Shown here: positions 43,557 through 55,804 of the stretch, piece by piece
Position numbering within the stretch: the first letter of the stretch is position 1
How the letters are laid out: every line of letters begins with the position of its first letter
Assembly: GCF_009914755.1 (NCBI RefSeq)
Contig: NC_060925.1
DNA: 64,000 nt
Source of the DNA: the human T2T-CHM13v2.0 reference genome, Homo sapiens
Reading direction: 5' to 3' (one strand)
Notes under the pieces: generated by a model
Database searches by the model: none
What the model was told of the DNA's origin: nothing
The model's input: the letters and a program-made list of their open reading frames with translations, nothing else
Program-made: the position numbers and the translations under genes

Positions 43557-44959
43557 TTTGTTTTAAAATTTTTATTCATGTTTATTTTAACCACAATACT
43601 AATTGCTATTCCTAAAATATGTTTTTCTTTCTCCTCCTCCCTTATGGAGTATTAAATGTTTTAATGTCATGGCAAACTCTTTTATTAGCTTAGGATTACT
43701 TTATATATATATATAAAGAAAAAAATTAATAGCAAGTTACGAGAAAATGTACATTTTTCTTGTAATGTATCTTTACATATTTCAAAGAGGCAAGTGGCAG
43801 CAAATGTGAAATAAGCATAAGCAAAGTGCTTTCATTTAAGTGCTTAGAGGATTAATCAAGGAGCACTTCCTAGAAGTGTGTTTTGAAGATTTTAAGAGAA
43901 GGTACAAATATTCACTGGTGACGAGGATGGAGTCAGAAAGAGGGAAGTAAAACACACATTATGCATTGGGAGCTGCATTAGAAAGGGGAATGGATGCTAA
44001 CAAAAAGAAAAAACATCTCTTGCAGGATGGTGAAGCAGGCTTTCAGCTGGGATGGAGAAGGGATGCTGAGTTACAATCATTGGTGAAGTTATTGAGATGT
44101 CATTTCAGCCTTGCTACTCACATTTTGCTGGGTAATGTGCTAGATCCTAAGGGAAAAGCTAAAGAGAAGGGAGAGACAGTGCTTGACCTGTAGGTACTTA
44201 TGATCTTGCTGATGAGACAAGGCAACAGGAAGTTAAAGGAGGATCCTTGAAAGCCAGTAAGAGGAACTTGGATTTTATACAGTATGTGATGACAGGAGCC
44301 ATTGGAGGTTCTCATGTATCATCTTACCTCTATCATCTGCTCAGAAGGGAGAGGTCTGAGCTGGGGAAGATCAAACTGAGCAGGTGGCTAGGTTTTAATC
44401 TTTATAGCTATATGTAATCAGCAGAAGAGCTTTTTCCCACACAAAACTATTTTGAATCACTTTAGAAAAAAATGAGCTGCCTAAAATCTTCTGTCCATGA
44501 TTAACAATTAATAGAAAATCACTGGTTTGCTCCTGCAAACAGCACTTAATGTCAGTAGCTTCAGGCTGTTTTTCAATTTTACAGTAAATTTTTTACCGAA
44601 ACAAATTTAGGTAGCTATTTTGTCCATGGGCTTTTGTAGTGGAAAGATGATGTGAGTAAAATAGAATAATGAGATTCCTTTTCTGCATCAAAATATTAGC
44701 AAGCTGCTAATGGTTCCATTTTGATACTGCCACTTTCAAAATAAAGGAGAGAGATCAAGTTGCTTATGGAAACATTTTGGATTATGTTTAAAATAGTGTA
44801 ACTTTATAATAGTTGATATGGTAAATAATTCAAGGTTTGCTTTTAGTGCATCAGTTTATCTCCATCTTGGCTCAGCCCTGAGAGAGAAAGTTTCCAGATT
44901 TTTATTGCCTATCTAATAAGTCCCTTGGTAATTGGTTTCATGCTGTAGGAATGTAGATT
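43557..44959 (-). other. APOBEC4: APOBEC4 3' UTR with candidate AATAAA signals at 44906-44901, 43686-43681 and 43576-43571
   Basis: Minus-strand AATAAA hexamers (plus-strand TTTATT) downstream of the stop; which is used is not determinable here. Confidence 0.55.
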
Positions 44960-46063
44960 TTATTTCTTCCCTTTCTTCTTCTTCTTTTCATCTGCCTCCT
45001 TGCTACTTGCAAACTGTTCTGTGATTTCCACTATCTCCACTGACCTTCCAGTGGGAAGCCTTCCAAGGTCCTTGGTTTCCTGGAATGACATTTGAGGCAT
45101 ATTTAAGTGCCTTACGATATTCCTGGGTTTATTTGGGTTTTGGCCCATATGCATTGGTGGTAAGTCCCTGAGAGGCACTAGCACAAAAACAACAGGAGCC
45201 CTGAGGTCTGGAGGTAGGTTGGGTTGGAGTTGTCCACTCGGCATTTGAAAAAACTGTCCAGGAAAGGCATTGTTTAAGGGGTAGCTCTCTAAAGCCTCCT
45301 GAGCTTTTGTGTTTGGATTCCTTTTTGTCTGGAGAAGAACATCAGTGAAGTAAGGTTTTACGCCTGTTATGGCATTGATTTCATATGCGTTGTGCCTGTC
45401 AGCCAGTGCTCTCCCAGTTAAAATGGGCTGAAAAACATGTGATCCTGAGACACCACTTATAAAGCTGTGGAGAACAGAATGCCAGATCCCACCACTTATT
45501 GGACTCAAAACAACCCGCGGCCATAAGCTGGCCAGGCTCCGGAGAGCTTCGCGGTTCCATGCTGAGGCAGGAAAGTCCATCTCAGTATGATAGAGCTGAG
45601 AAAAATAAATACTAAGAGTGATGCCTGGATACGTAATCAGGAAATTATACATTTTGCTGATGCAGCAGTGGTTAGCTTCATTACAAGGGGAGTTGTTGGA
45701 ATACAGAATGATATGCCTGATGCTGTCATTATTGTATATGGCTGAGTCAAGATAACCATTCATTTCAAAGAGCATTGATTCTGGATGGATATAATTCCCA
45801 GTGCAACTGCTAGCATGGCCCTTTTGCACCAGGCTACCAGAAGAAGTTTTTAGTTCATAAAATGTGAGGTGTTTTGTTTGAGGAAATGTTGTCCCATAAG
45901 GGAATCCAAAAATCTGACAAAATTCTGTGAGGGAAACTCTTGCTTCTTCACCTGTTCGAATATGGTAAGGACAATTAGAGCAATCGAGAGAGAAGCTTAG
46001 CCAGTAATATGGTTTTACTATTGTTCCATGATTTGCTAGGTACTCCTCATATATGGGCTCCAT
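44960..46063 (-). CDS. APOBEC4: APOBEC4, AID/APOBEC-family putative deaminase, 367 aa, single coding exon
   Basis: Intact ORF MEPIYEEYLANHGT...KKKKKGKK with HPE (H93/E95) and SPCx6C (C127/C134) zinc motif; acceptor TTCTCTTCCTTGTTTAG| at 46094/46093. Confidence 0.97.
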   Translation of the reverse strand: MEPIYEEYLANHGTIVKPYYWLSFSLDCSNCPYHIRTGEEARVSLTEFCQIFGFPYGTTFPQTKHLTFYELKTSSGSLVQKGHASSCTGNYIHPESMLFEMNGYLDSAIYNNDSIRHIILYSNNSPCNEANHCCISKMYNFLITYPGITLSIYFSQLYHTEMDFPASAWNREALRSLASLWPRVVLSPISGGIWHSVLHSFISGVSGSHVFQPILTGRALADRHNAYEINAITGVKPYFTDVLLQTKRNPNTKAQEALESYPLNNAFPGQFFQMPSGQLQPNLPPDLRAPVVFVLVPLRDLPPMHMGQNPNKPRNIVRHLNMPQMSFQETKDLGRLPTGRSVEIVEITEQFASSKEADEKKKKKGKK

Positions 46064-47100
46064 TGCTAGATTTACTGTCTTCTAGCTGCAAACCTAAACA
46101 AGGAAGAGAAATTACATATAAAACCAGCGCAGGAAAAACTGAAGACAGTGCATTAATTTATTAAACCATACTTTCTTTAAAGGAAGTAGCACAATAAAGA
46201 TAGTGATATATGCATAGATTTAAAAGCTCAGGATTCATTATTCTTTATTGAGACTCCTAGAGCATGGGGAGGAAACAGAAGAGAAAGGCGTTCTTCAACT
46301 TTACCTGTTTCATAGATTCCAAGTCAGTAAAGCAAATGAGTTAACAATGCAAGTTCTAGAAACAGACTGTCTGGTTTTAAATTTGGGCTTGGCCAATTAT
46401 CAGCTTGGTGGCCTTTGACAAGTTATTTAACATTTGGGAGCCACAGATTCCTTGTCTGTAAAATGAAGATATTAATAGTACTTACCTGATAAGATTGTCT
46501 TGAGCATTGAATAACAGAATGAATATAAAATGCTTCACTAATGTGCTTGTCACATAGTAAGGACTCAGTAAATATTAACTCTTAGTAGTAAAAGTACAAA
46601 TCCTAGGGTTATCTAGATTATTCCTAATTATAAAAGTACAAAAAAGTGTTTTGCATTTTGTTCATGATCTTTCTTCTCAGAATATGTTAACATCTAATGT
46701 ATTGTGCAGAACTATTCAGTGTGCTTGCATTTAACATCAACTTTCTTAAAATCACTGGAAATAATTTGGAGGTTTTTGGGTTTTTTTTGAGACTAGGATC
46801 ATGGGATCTCTTTTGCTTAATGATAGAGACTTCTTAGGAAAGTGCCACTTGAGTATTCTTTGGATTGTGGACACTCATTCATTGACATGTAAGAGTTTTC
46901 TTTCCCGTGAGTGGGTCTTGTTAGAAGACTTTTGAAAAATTACTGTTACAGAAAGCAAATATGGTTCTTTAGAATATTTCAAATTAGTAGTTTCTGGGAT
47001 GTTAAACTCAAAAAGCTGAGATCTTTAAGTAATGATTTTTTCCTTTAAAAAATATTCCTTCAGTTATCGTTGTTCCTATAATGCTCTAGGAGCTACCTAT

Positions 47101-47455
<355 letters not shown>

Positions 47456-47542
47456 TAATATAAACAAAGTCATGTTTTATACCCTGCTTTTTCACTTAAT
47501 ATTGTGCCATGAGCATTTTCCCATGTTATTAAAAATAATATT

Positions 47543-47860
<318 letters not shown>

Positions 47861-50354
47861 TTAGTTTTTTATTATGTAACTGTAACATTCAGTTTCTTGC
47901 CTCTTTTAATTATTATAACACTTTGATAAATATTTCTGTGAGAAATTATCTATTGCATATATTATATAATATTTATTATAAAGAATCAGATTTTTTTTTT
48001 TTTTTTAGAATAGATTACTAGAAATCATAGTATTAGGTCAAACATTGTCAAATCGCTTCCTAGGAAGGTGTACCAATCTTATCACATTCTCTTACAATGT
48101 TGTTTATCCCAATTTGAGAAGGGAGCATTGGTATTTTTTTGTTGCTATAATGTGTGCCTTTATTATTTCTAGTGAAGTTGAACACTTTTTGACATGCTTA
48201 TTGGTCTGTGGTATTTATTCTTCTGTGAAATATATTTGATTTTTTACCTATTTTTTGCGTGAAGTTTTCCTTATTGGTTTGCAAGACATTTTTATGCATC
48301 AAGAATATTAAATCTGCCACATTTGCTGCTAATATTTTACCTGGTTTATACAGCCTTTTAATTATGCCAATGTTATTTTAATTGCACCAAATTTTACATT
48401 TTTATGTGGTCCAGTCTCTACTCCTGTGATTTTTTTTCTTATTGTATTTAGAAATGCCTTCCTCATCAAAGCATAATTAAGTATTCCCCATATTTTCTTC
48501 TAGTATTTATGGTTTCATTTTTTACATTTAACTTTGTCAGATAACAAAACTGATAAGGCAGAAAATTTAAATGAGGTAAACTGACCATTGCAACAGAATA
48601 TATTTTTCACTTTTCAAAATCTCACTTATCATATCACAAGTATGAATACTTGTGCTAATAAATAAATTATGGCCTCTCATATGGAAGTGCTATGTTCACC
48701 TTCTGTCTTCCTCAGCCCACATCAGCTCATTCATTGCTGTATTTGATACAGCTTGATCTCTAGCCTGAAACCTGCAGAGTTCCTATGCTAATCCTATCCT
48801 GGGCAGAAAATATGTTAAAAGCCTCAATCCAGCTGTAGGTGGAATGTAGCTTTATTCATGTCACCATTATCTTAGTGGCTAATATCCTGCAGTAACTCTG
48901 GCACCACATACCCACCAGATTCTAGATTTCTCCTAGCCTCTGCTGTGTCATCTTAATCCATAGGATTGGACATTAGCTTTGTTTTTTCCTTAGTACTATA
49001 TTTTCCTGATGTAACTGAATTCCTGCCTTGAGGCTTCCTAGACCTTGTCATAGCTTTCCTTCTAGAGAGCTGGATTTAACCCTTGGCAGTGGACGATCTC
49101 TTGGAACCTGACGCCATTTCCTGCTTACTCCCGAGCATTGTTTCCTCTCTGGACCTCCTCCTTGCTTAGCCTTCATCAGGCTGGATGGATCTCTCCATCA
49201 GAACTTGCCAAAACCAAGCCCAAACTTTCATGCTTTTTAATATTGTGCCCTTGATGTGGTCGACTTATGGGTGGTACACCGGACATCCAGGTTACTGCTC
49301 AGATTACAATTTCAACTCACCCATAGACAATTTACAGATTGATTTGGCTAAATGTTATGGAAACAGAACCAAAAGGCACTTTTCTGTCTTTATTACTATT
49401 TCTTAAGGTGATGTGTATGTGGAGTTAACTATATATAATGGTCCCATAATTACCCTTTTGGGAAACAAAAGTCTTTGTGTGTTTTTAGATAAAGGTAGCA
49501 AAATGGAAACTCCCTATTGCTTTTCTAAGCACGCCTTCCTTTGCACCCCCATCTTCTGTGGCTGTTTTAGCCAGAAATGATACATCATTACTGTCTTTAA
49601 GGAGATGGAGAGGACTGTGGCTTTAACACATAGTGGAGGGAGCTCTGTAGTCTCATTCTTGCTGACAACTTTTCAGTGTCAACCAACTATAGTTTCCTAT
49701 TGGTGAAGTTTTCACTTTTTCAGAGTCTTTCTGGGCTTGTTCTTTGATCACCCTCATCTGAAGAGGAAGCAGGAAAGAACTGTTGCCCTCTTTGAACTCT
49801 TAGAGAATTCATGGTTTATTGTATCAATTTGTTATCGACCACAGATTATCTTGTTAACTTTTGGTATCTGTCATTTTATTCTCCCCAACCAGGTGGAAAT
49901 GTACCCTGTTTAGGCCCAGGACCTACCTTAGCAACCTTGATTGGCTCACAAGCCAGGTTGCTTAAGACTTGTTTCCCCAGCAGCTGGTGTCCCTACTTCC
50001 TGCCTAGCCCTTTTCCTTTTGCTTTGTCTGTGCTTGGGAAATACATGTTATACTCTGTAGAGCAGATTTGCTGGCAGTAAGAACAGAGATGTGTAGAGCC
50101 CAGCGTGCTGGAGGGCTCTCTGCATCTGGCTGTGAGTGGCCCCTGGACTGGGACCGTGGGAGGACAGCTTTCCATAGTTTAACATAAATGAACCACACCA
50201 TAAGGACAATCTGCTCTCATTTCACTCAACTAGGATTTAGTGAGTACTGTTAAAGCACAGTTTGCACTGGAGTAATTGGAGAATGGAGTTTGCCCTTCAC
50301 AATCTGTGCACAATCTGTTAGCAGCTAAAAACAAATGTTAGCAGTTATAATTAC

Positions 50355-50598
50355 CATCAATTTGTCTCCAGGCTTGGATCACATTCCAGGTGTTAGAAGA
50401 GATGGTCCATTTCCTTTTTTTTCTCCTTTAAGTCCCATGCCCTGTTTCAAGTAGCTTCAGAAGGCAATTGTGCTGTAAAGATTCACCTTGTAATGGGTTC
50501 AGGACTCTTTCACAGTTTGTGTCTATTCGTTCATTTGAACTTTGCTGTTCCAAGTTAGAAAGCCCTTGCTGAGGTGTGGCTACCTCTAAGAACACTGT
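50355..50598 (-). other. APOBEC4: Probable non-coding exon 1 of APOBEC4
   Basis: Donor ATG|GTAATT at 50355/50354; CCAAT and X-box immediately upstream; 5' boundary approximate and partly from recalled annotation. Confidence 0.6.
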
Positions 50599-50599
50599 T

Positions 50600-50675
50600 G
50601 ATTGGGTGCCATGGTAACGTTTGCAAAGTAGCTACTGCTAGGATACAGCTCTGACACTTATTACTTTATTTGCAT
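50600..50675 (-). promoter_or_regulatory. APOBEC4 proximal promoter: CCAAT, RFX X-box GTTACCATGGCACC (50618-50605), weaker second X-box, octamer
   Basis: 13/14 match to the palindromic X-box GTTRCCATGGYAAC; ACTGCTAGGATAC at 50634-50646; ATTTGCAT at 50668-50675. Confidence 0.6.
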
Positions 50676-50726
50676 ATCAAGCCACCTGTTCCAAAGATGA
50701 AAATATACAGGACTGCATATCCCAGT

Positions 50727-51857
50727 CTGGGTAAAAGGATAATAGCTGACTGTTGAAGAGAACATGTTGCAGTTTTTCTCCTGCTAGCTGAAGAATCAAG
50801 TTCTGAGGGCCTGCTCCTCAGCACCTTTCTCCTGGTCTAGAGTAGGTGCCAGGCCTGGCGGTTCTGTTGCCTGCGTGGGTGCCAGGGCTTCTCCTTGGGA
50901 GGCTTGCCCTCTGTGAGAGGGAGCAGAGAGTTGACTTCCTCCAAGAGGCCCATAGTCCCTGAAGGGGGTGTTTTTGATTCTGTCTAAACCTAGGCTATGT
51001 GTTAGCGGTTTCCCTCCTCTTAGAAATTGCCTGGAAGACTCTTGCTATTGGTATGTATGTGGTTCCCTCCAGTTTAAGACAAGATTTGTTCCAGGATCGG
51101 TTGTAGCCCCTTCTCTGTGGCTAACGGAAGAGCCACTTGTCCTTCTCCATTCTTTTCCTTAGTCTCCCTTGACCCCCACATCATCTCCTAGACACAAGGC
51201 ACATTGATAGTCACAATTCACTGTCAATCACTCTGGATTATTCCCTCATTCCCCTTTCCCAGGCCACCTGAAGGAGTGAGTGGGGATTGCTATTGTGTAC
51301 ATTCCAGTAATAACTATTGGCTGTAAGCAGACATACTCTAAAAATAACTCAGGGATACTGAGCACCCAGAGGGCACCTTCTGTCTTCTCGAAGCTTCGCC
51401 ACGCCTGTTTCCACTGTCAGACTTCCAGTCTGCACCACAGCACACATCCTTTCTCATCCAGAGTGCTCCTACTAGACGAGATGTTTTTGTCTCCTAAGGG
51501 CCTCAGGTGTATTCATGAACTCCTCAGCTGGTTATTTTCAGTTTCATCTTCCTTGGTGCTTGCTCTGGCACATGGTCACTGCTGCATCCTGTCCCTTCCC
51601 CACAGTTTGCCATGGGTCATCCCTTTTTTCTCATTGCTTGCATCTTCTAACTGAATGAACTTGTAAATATGGAACTGAAAGTCAATCCTCATAGCTCATC
51701 TTTTATTTAATCCTAATAAATGACAATCTATTGCAAACATTACTTTAAAAATATTACTTATCAAAAGCTGGGTGAAAGGATAATAGCTGACTGTTGAAGA
51801 GAACATGTTGGGGTTTTTCTCCCGCTAGCTGAAGAATCAAGTTCTGAGGGCCTGCTC
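50727..51857 (+). repeat. Dispersed 90-bp direct repeat (50727-50816 and 51768-51857)
   Basis: 86/90 identical by manual alignment; offset 1041 bp. Confidence 0.93.
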
Positions 51858-52941
51858 AGTTCTGTAAGAAAGTATTAGCTGTCTGACAGGTTCCAGTGAG
51901 GGGAGGAAAAGACAAAAAATATAGTCCCCAAATCTGCACCAGCATCCCATGTGCACTGTGCACCTTCCATGGTGGATTAGATGCTCAGCAAATGATATAC
52001 CTATGGAAGGTTAAGCCTAAAGAAACAGGAAAAATGAGCCTTTGTCCACTAGCACATTTATCAATTGCATTTTAGGGTGATTTTAGGGATAGGCAACCCC
52101 AATTAGTCATTATTCTTTAAAGGTAGTTGTCTGTTAGATGTAGGAAGACTCCAAGGAATGTTAAGTTGGCAACATTCCATTTAGGTTGCACAGAATGACT
52201 TTTAAGACTAAACTTCATCAGGAGGAAATGAAAGGCCTTTACCATGGTTCCTGTTCACAGTGAAATTGACATGTATTGGAAAGGAGATGCTTGGAAGAAA
52301 TGTCTAGCTTCCCCAACAGACTCCTTTCTTCTCTTTTCTGTCTTCCTTTGTTAATCTGCCATGTTTCATCTTCATTCAGATGAGTTATGATGTATATTAT
52401 TTATGTAGAGATATTATGAGATTATAATGAAGAAGATTTACAAAGACTAAACTCTCCTGCAATGATCTAAATTTTTAAGAGACATTTACTCAGTTTGGCA
52501 CTCCAAAAATTATTAATCTATGTTCTGACAACCCAGTTTGGGGTATATCCAAGATGGCTTGTGTGTTGCTAGTTACTGCTTATAAGGCAACTTTCTCTTT
52601 GGGTGGCAGGAAGTAAAATATTTATAAGTTATTGCTAAAATGTTAAAGTTTTATTTGAACCTACTGTACCCAAGTAATTATATAATTCATCACTTTAGTA
52701 GCAGTTTGGTTGACACTGAACAACAATGCTCAAATTCATGTAGCAGTAACAAACTACGTGATAAAAGGAACTGAATTTAGAAAGCAAGCTTCAAGTAAAG
52801 ATCAGAAGATTAAGTAGATTTCATGGAGCTCACTAAGGAGTTAGATGGGAAAGATGAGATAAGAAAAGCACTGGAGTTGAGACCAAAAGGAGACGAAAAA
52901 GCAGAGGGTGGATCTTCGAGCTCGGGGGGTTATAAACAAGA

Positions 52942-52960
52942 TGGCCACAAGGTGGCAGCA
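52942..52960 (+). promoter_or_regulatory. Candidate CTCF site
   Basis: TGGCCACAAGGTGGCAGCA is close to the CTCF core consensus. Confidence 0.6.
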
Positions 52961-53228
52961 CAGTCTTAACAGCAGAGAGCTTTCTGTAGGGCCACCCTTA
53001 ATTTGCTAACACCACAGACTTTCTCTTAGAATTCCTCCATGTTGATTTTCCTCATTATCCTAGGGGAAACAGCAGCAAATGTTTAGAATTAAAAATGACT
53101 CCTAAAACTTAAGCTGAGGAAAAGTATAGGGTAAAGGCAGCATCTTTACTTCCAGAGACTGTTTAGATGCTCTAAAGAAGGCTTCCAACTCTCTGTGGGA
53201 AAGGACCAATTGACATTTCCAAACCATA

Positions 53229-54022
53229 TGTTAAACAGTGATGGGAGGCCATTGTTTTGGGCTAAGCTTGTACACTAGGCCCCAGCCGACCAGACCAAAC
53301 CAAAATGGAGTCACTCATGCTAAATGTGACATAAACTAAAATTTTAAGGAAACAGATAGATCCCAAAGCAGACCAAGTTTTTTTTCTTTTCTTTTCTTTT
53401 TTTTTTCTCATGAAAACAGGAGATTCCGGCACAAGGAAGTCCCCTTGGCTCTCTAACTCTTACAAAAAAGTAACCTGAAATCCATGTTCCCACCTTAAAA
53501 ACCAACTGTTCTGCTCTTTCCCCGTGGGATCTGAGACCAAATAAGTACATTTATGATGGTAACAGAGTGACCTCAATGCCTAAAGTTTTGGTCAGTGTCA
53601 AAATTGAGAGGTTGACCAAAAGGTGGGGAATTGTTAAATTAAGTTTAGCCTAAAGCTGCCTCCTTACATATTTTAAGTTCAGCCTAAAGGTTTCTTCGTA
53701 CTCAGCGAATTGTAACCTAACTGGAATGTAAATAGACTGTAACCTACTCTTGTACCAATCACCAAGTTTTGGCCAAAGGCAGCCAACTGTTCAAACTGTG
53801 TTCAAATCAGGGAAATGCCAAGCTGTAACAAATCCAGCTGTTTCTGTACCTCACTTCCATTTTCCTTATGTTGCTTTCCTTTTTTGTCCACAAATCCTCT
53901 GTGACCATGCAGCAGCACTGGAGATGCTTTGAACCTATTCTGGTTTGGGGAGCTGCCCAATTTGCCAGTCGTTCCTTGCTCAGTTAAACTCTGTTAAATT
54001 TAATTTGTCTAATGTTTTAACA
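53229..54022 (+). mobile_element. ERV1 LTR composite: MER67-like 5' part, PPT and MER57-type LTR (53632-54022)
   Basis: TGTTAAATTAAGTTTAGCCTAAAGCTGCC...TTAACA matches the remembered MER57 consensus; purine tract AAAAGGTGGGGAA precedes it. Confidence 0.65.
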
Positions 54023-54567
54023 CATCATACACTAATACTTTTGTAAAAGTTAATAAAAATGATATTATACAAAGAAGAACAAAAAAGACATACAGAACAT
54101 AAACCTATTTTTTGGTAATTAGTTAAACTAATTGTGAAAATAGCACATCAAACTTTCTTTTTAAGGTTTTTGAAAACCAGAAAATCTAATTATTATGCTC
54201 TAGCCAAACTACCCAATGTTTGCTTTACATTCTTTCCCCACAAAATGAAATTAGTGAACTTAGGCAGACTCAACTAAGTTCACAAAATCGACTCAAAAAA
54301 AAAAAAAAAAAAGATTGCTTTGCTTATTGGGGTCTTTTGTAGTTCCATATGAATTTTAGAATTTTTTTTATTTCTGTGAAAAATGTCCTTGGAATTTTGA
54401 TAAGGGATTCTGTTAAATCTGTATAGCACTTTAGGTCATATGGACATTTTAACAATATTAATTCTTCCAGTCCATGAATATGAGACATCTTGAGACATCT
54501 TTCCATTTCTTTGTCTTGTTCAGTTTTTCTAATCAATGTTTTACAGTTTTCAGTGTATAAATCTTTC

Positions 54568-55282
54568 TTTTTTAAAAAATTTTATTATTATACTTTAAGT
54601 TTTAGGGTACATGTGCACAACGTGCAGGTTTGTTACATATGTATACATGTGCCATGTTGGTGTGCTGCACCCATTAACTTGTCATTTAGCATTAGGTATA
54701 TCTCCTAATGCTATCCCTCCCCGCTCCCTCCACCCCACAACAGTCCCCAGTGTGTGATGTTCCCCTTCCTGTGTCCATGTGTTCTCATTGTTCAATTCCC
54801 ACCTATGAGTGAGAACATGCAGTGTTTGGTTTTTTGTCCTTGCGATAGTTTGCTGAGAATGATGGTTTCCAGTTTCATCCATGTCCCTACAAAGGACATG
54901 AACTCATCATTTTTTATGGCTGCATAGTATTCCATGGTGTATATGTGCCACATTTTCTTAATCCAGTCTATCGTTGTTGGACATTTGGGTTGGTTCCAAG
55001 TCTTTGCTATTGTGAATAGTGCCGCAATAAACATACGTGTGCATGTGTCTTTATAGCAGCATGATTTATAGTCCTTTGGGTATATACCCAGTAATGGGAT
55101 GGCTGGGTCAAATGGTATTTCTAGTTCTAGATCCCTGAGGAATCGCCACACTGACTTCCACAATCGTTGAACTAGTTCACAGTCCCACCAACAGTGTAAA
55201 AGTGTTTCAATTTCTCCACATCCTCTCCAGCACCTGTTGTTTCCTGACTTTTTAATGATTGCCATTCTAACTGGTGTGAGAT
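54568..55282 (-). mobile_element. 5'-truncated L1PA (about L1PA4/5) 3' end, 715 bp
   Basis: ORF2 C-terminus (ORF 54792-55265), 3' UTR and tail; own TSD TA(A/G)ATCTTTC at 54558-54567 and 55283-55292. Confidence 0.92.
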
Positions 55283-55621
55283 TAGATCTTTCAACTCATT
55301 GCTTACATTTATTCCTAAGTATTTTATTCTTTTTATAAACGGGAATTTTTCGGGGGTGGAGCCGAGATGGCCGAATAGGAACAGCTCCAGTCTACAGCTC
55401 CCAGCGTGAGCGACGCAGAAGATGGCTGATTTCTGCATTTCCATCTGAGGTACTGGGTTCATCTCACTAGGGAGTGCCAGACAGTGGGCGCAGGACAGTG
55501 GGTGCAGTGCACCATGCGCCAGCCGAAGCAGGGCGAGGCATTGCCTCACTCGGGAAGCGCAAGGGGTCAGGGAGTTCCCTTTCCTAGTCAAAGAAAGGGC
55601 TGACAGAGGGCACCTGGAAAA

Positions 55622-55804
55622 TCAGGTCACTCCCACCCCAATACAGCACTTTTCCAACAGGCTTAAAAAACGGCGCACCAGGAGATTATGTCCCGCACCT
55701 GGCTCGGAGGGTCCTACGCCCACGGAGTCTCGCTGATTGCTAGCACAGCAGTCTGAGATCAAACCGCAAGGTGGCAGCGAGGCTGGGGGAGGGGTGCCCG
55801 CCAT
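55622..55804 (-). CDS. L1 ORF0 (antisense 5' UTR ORF), truncated to 60 aa
   Basis: ATG 55804 MAGTPPPASLPPCGLISDCCASNQRDSVGVGPSEPG...GVT-TGA; donors CAG|GTG at 55699 and 55614. Confidence 0.6.
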   Translation of the reverse strand: MAGTPPPASLPPCGLISDCCASNQRDSVGVGPSEPGAGHNLLVRRFLSLLEKCCIGVGVT

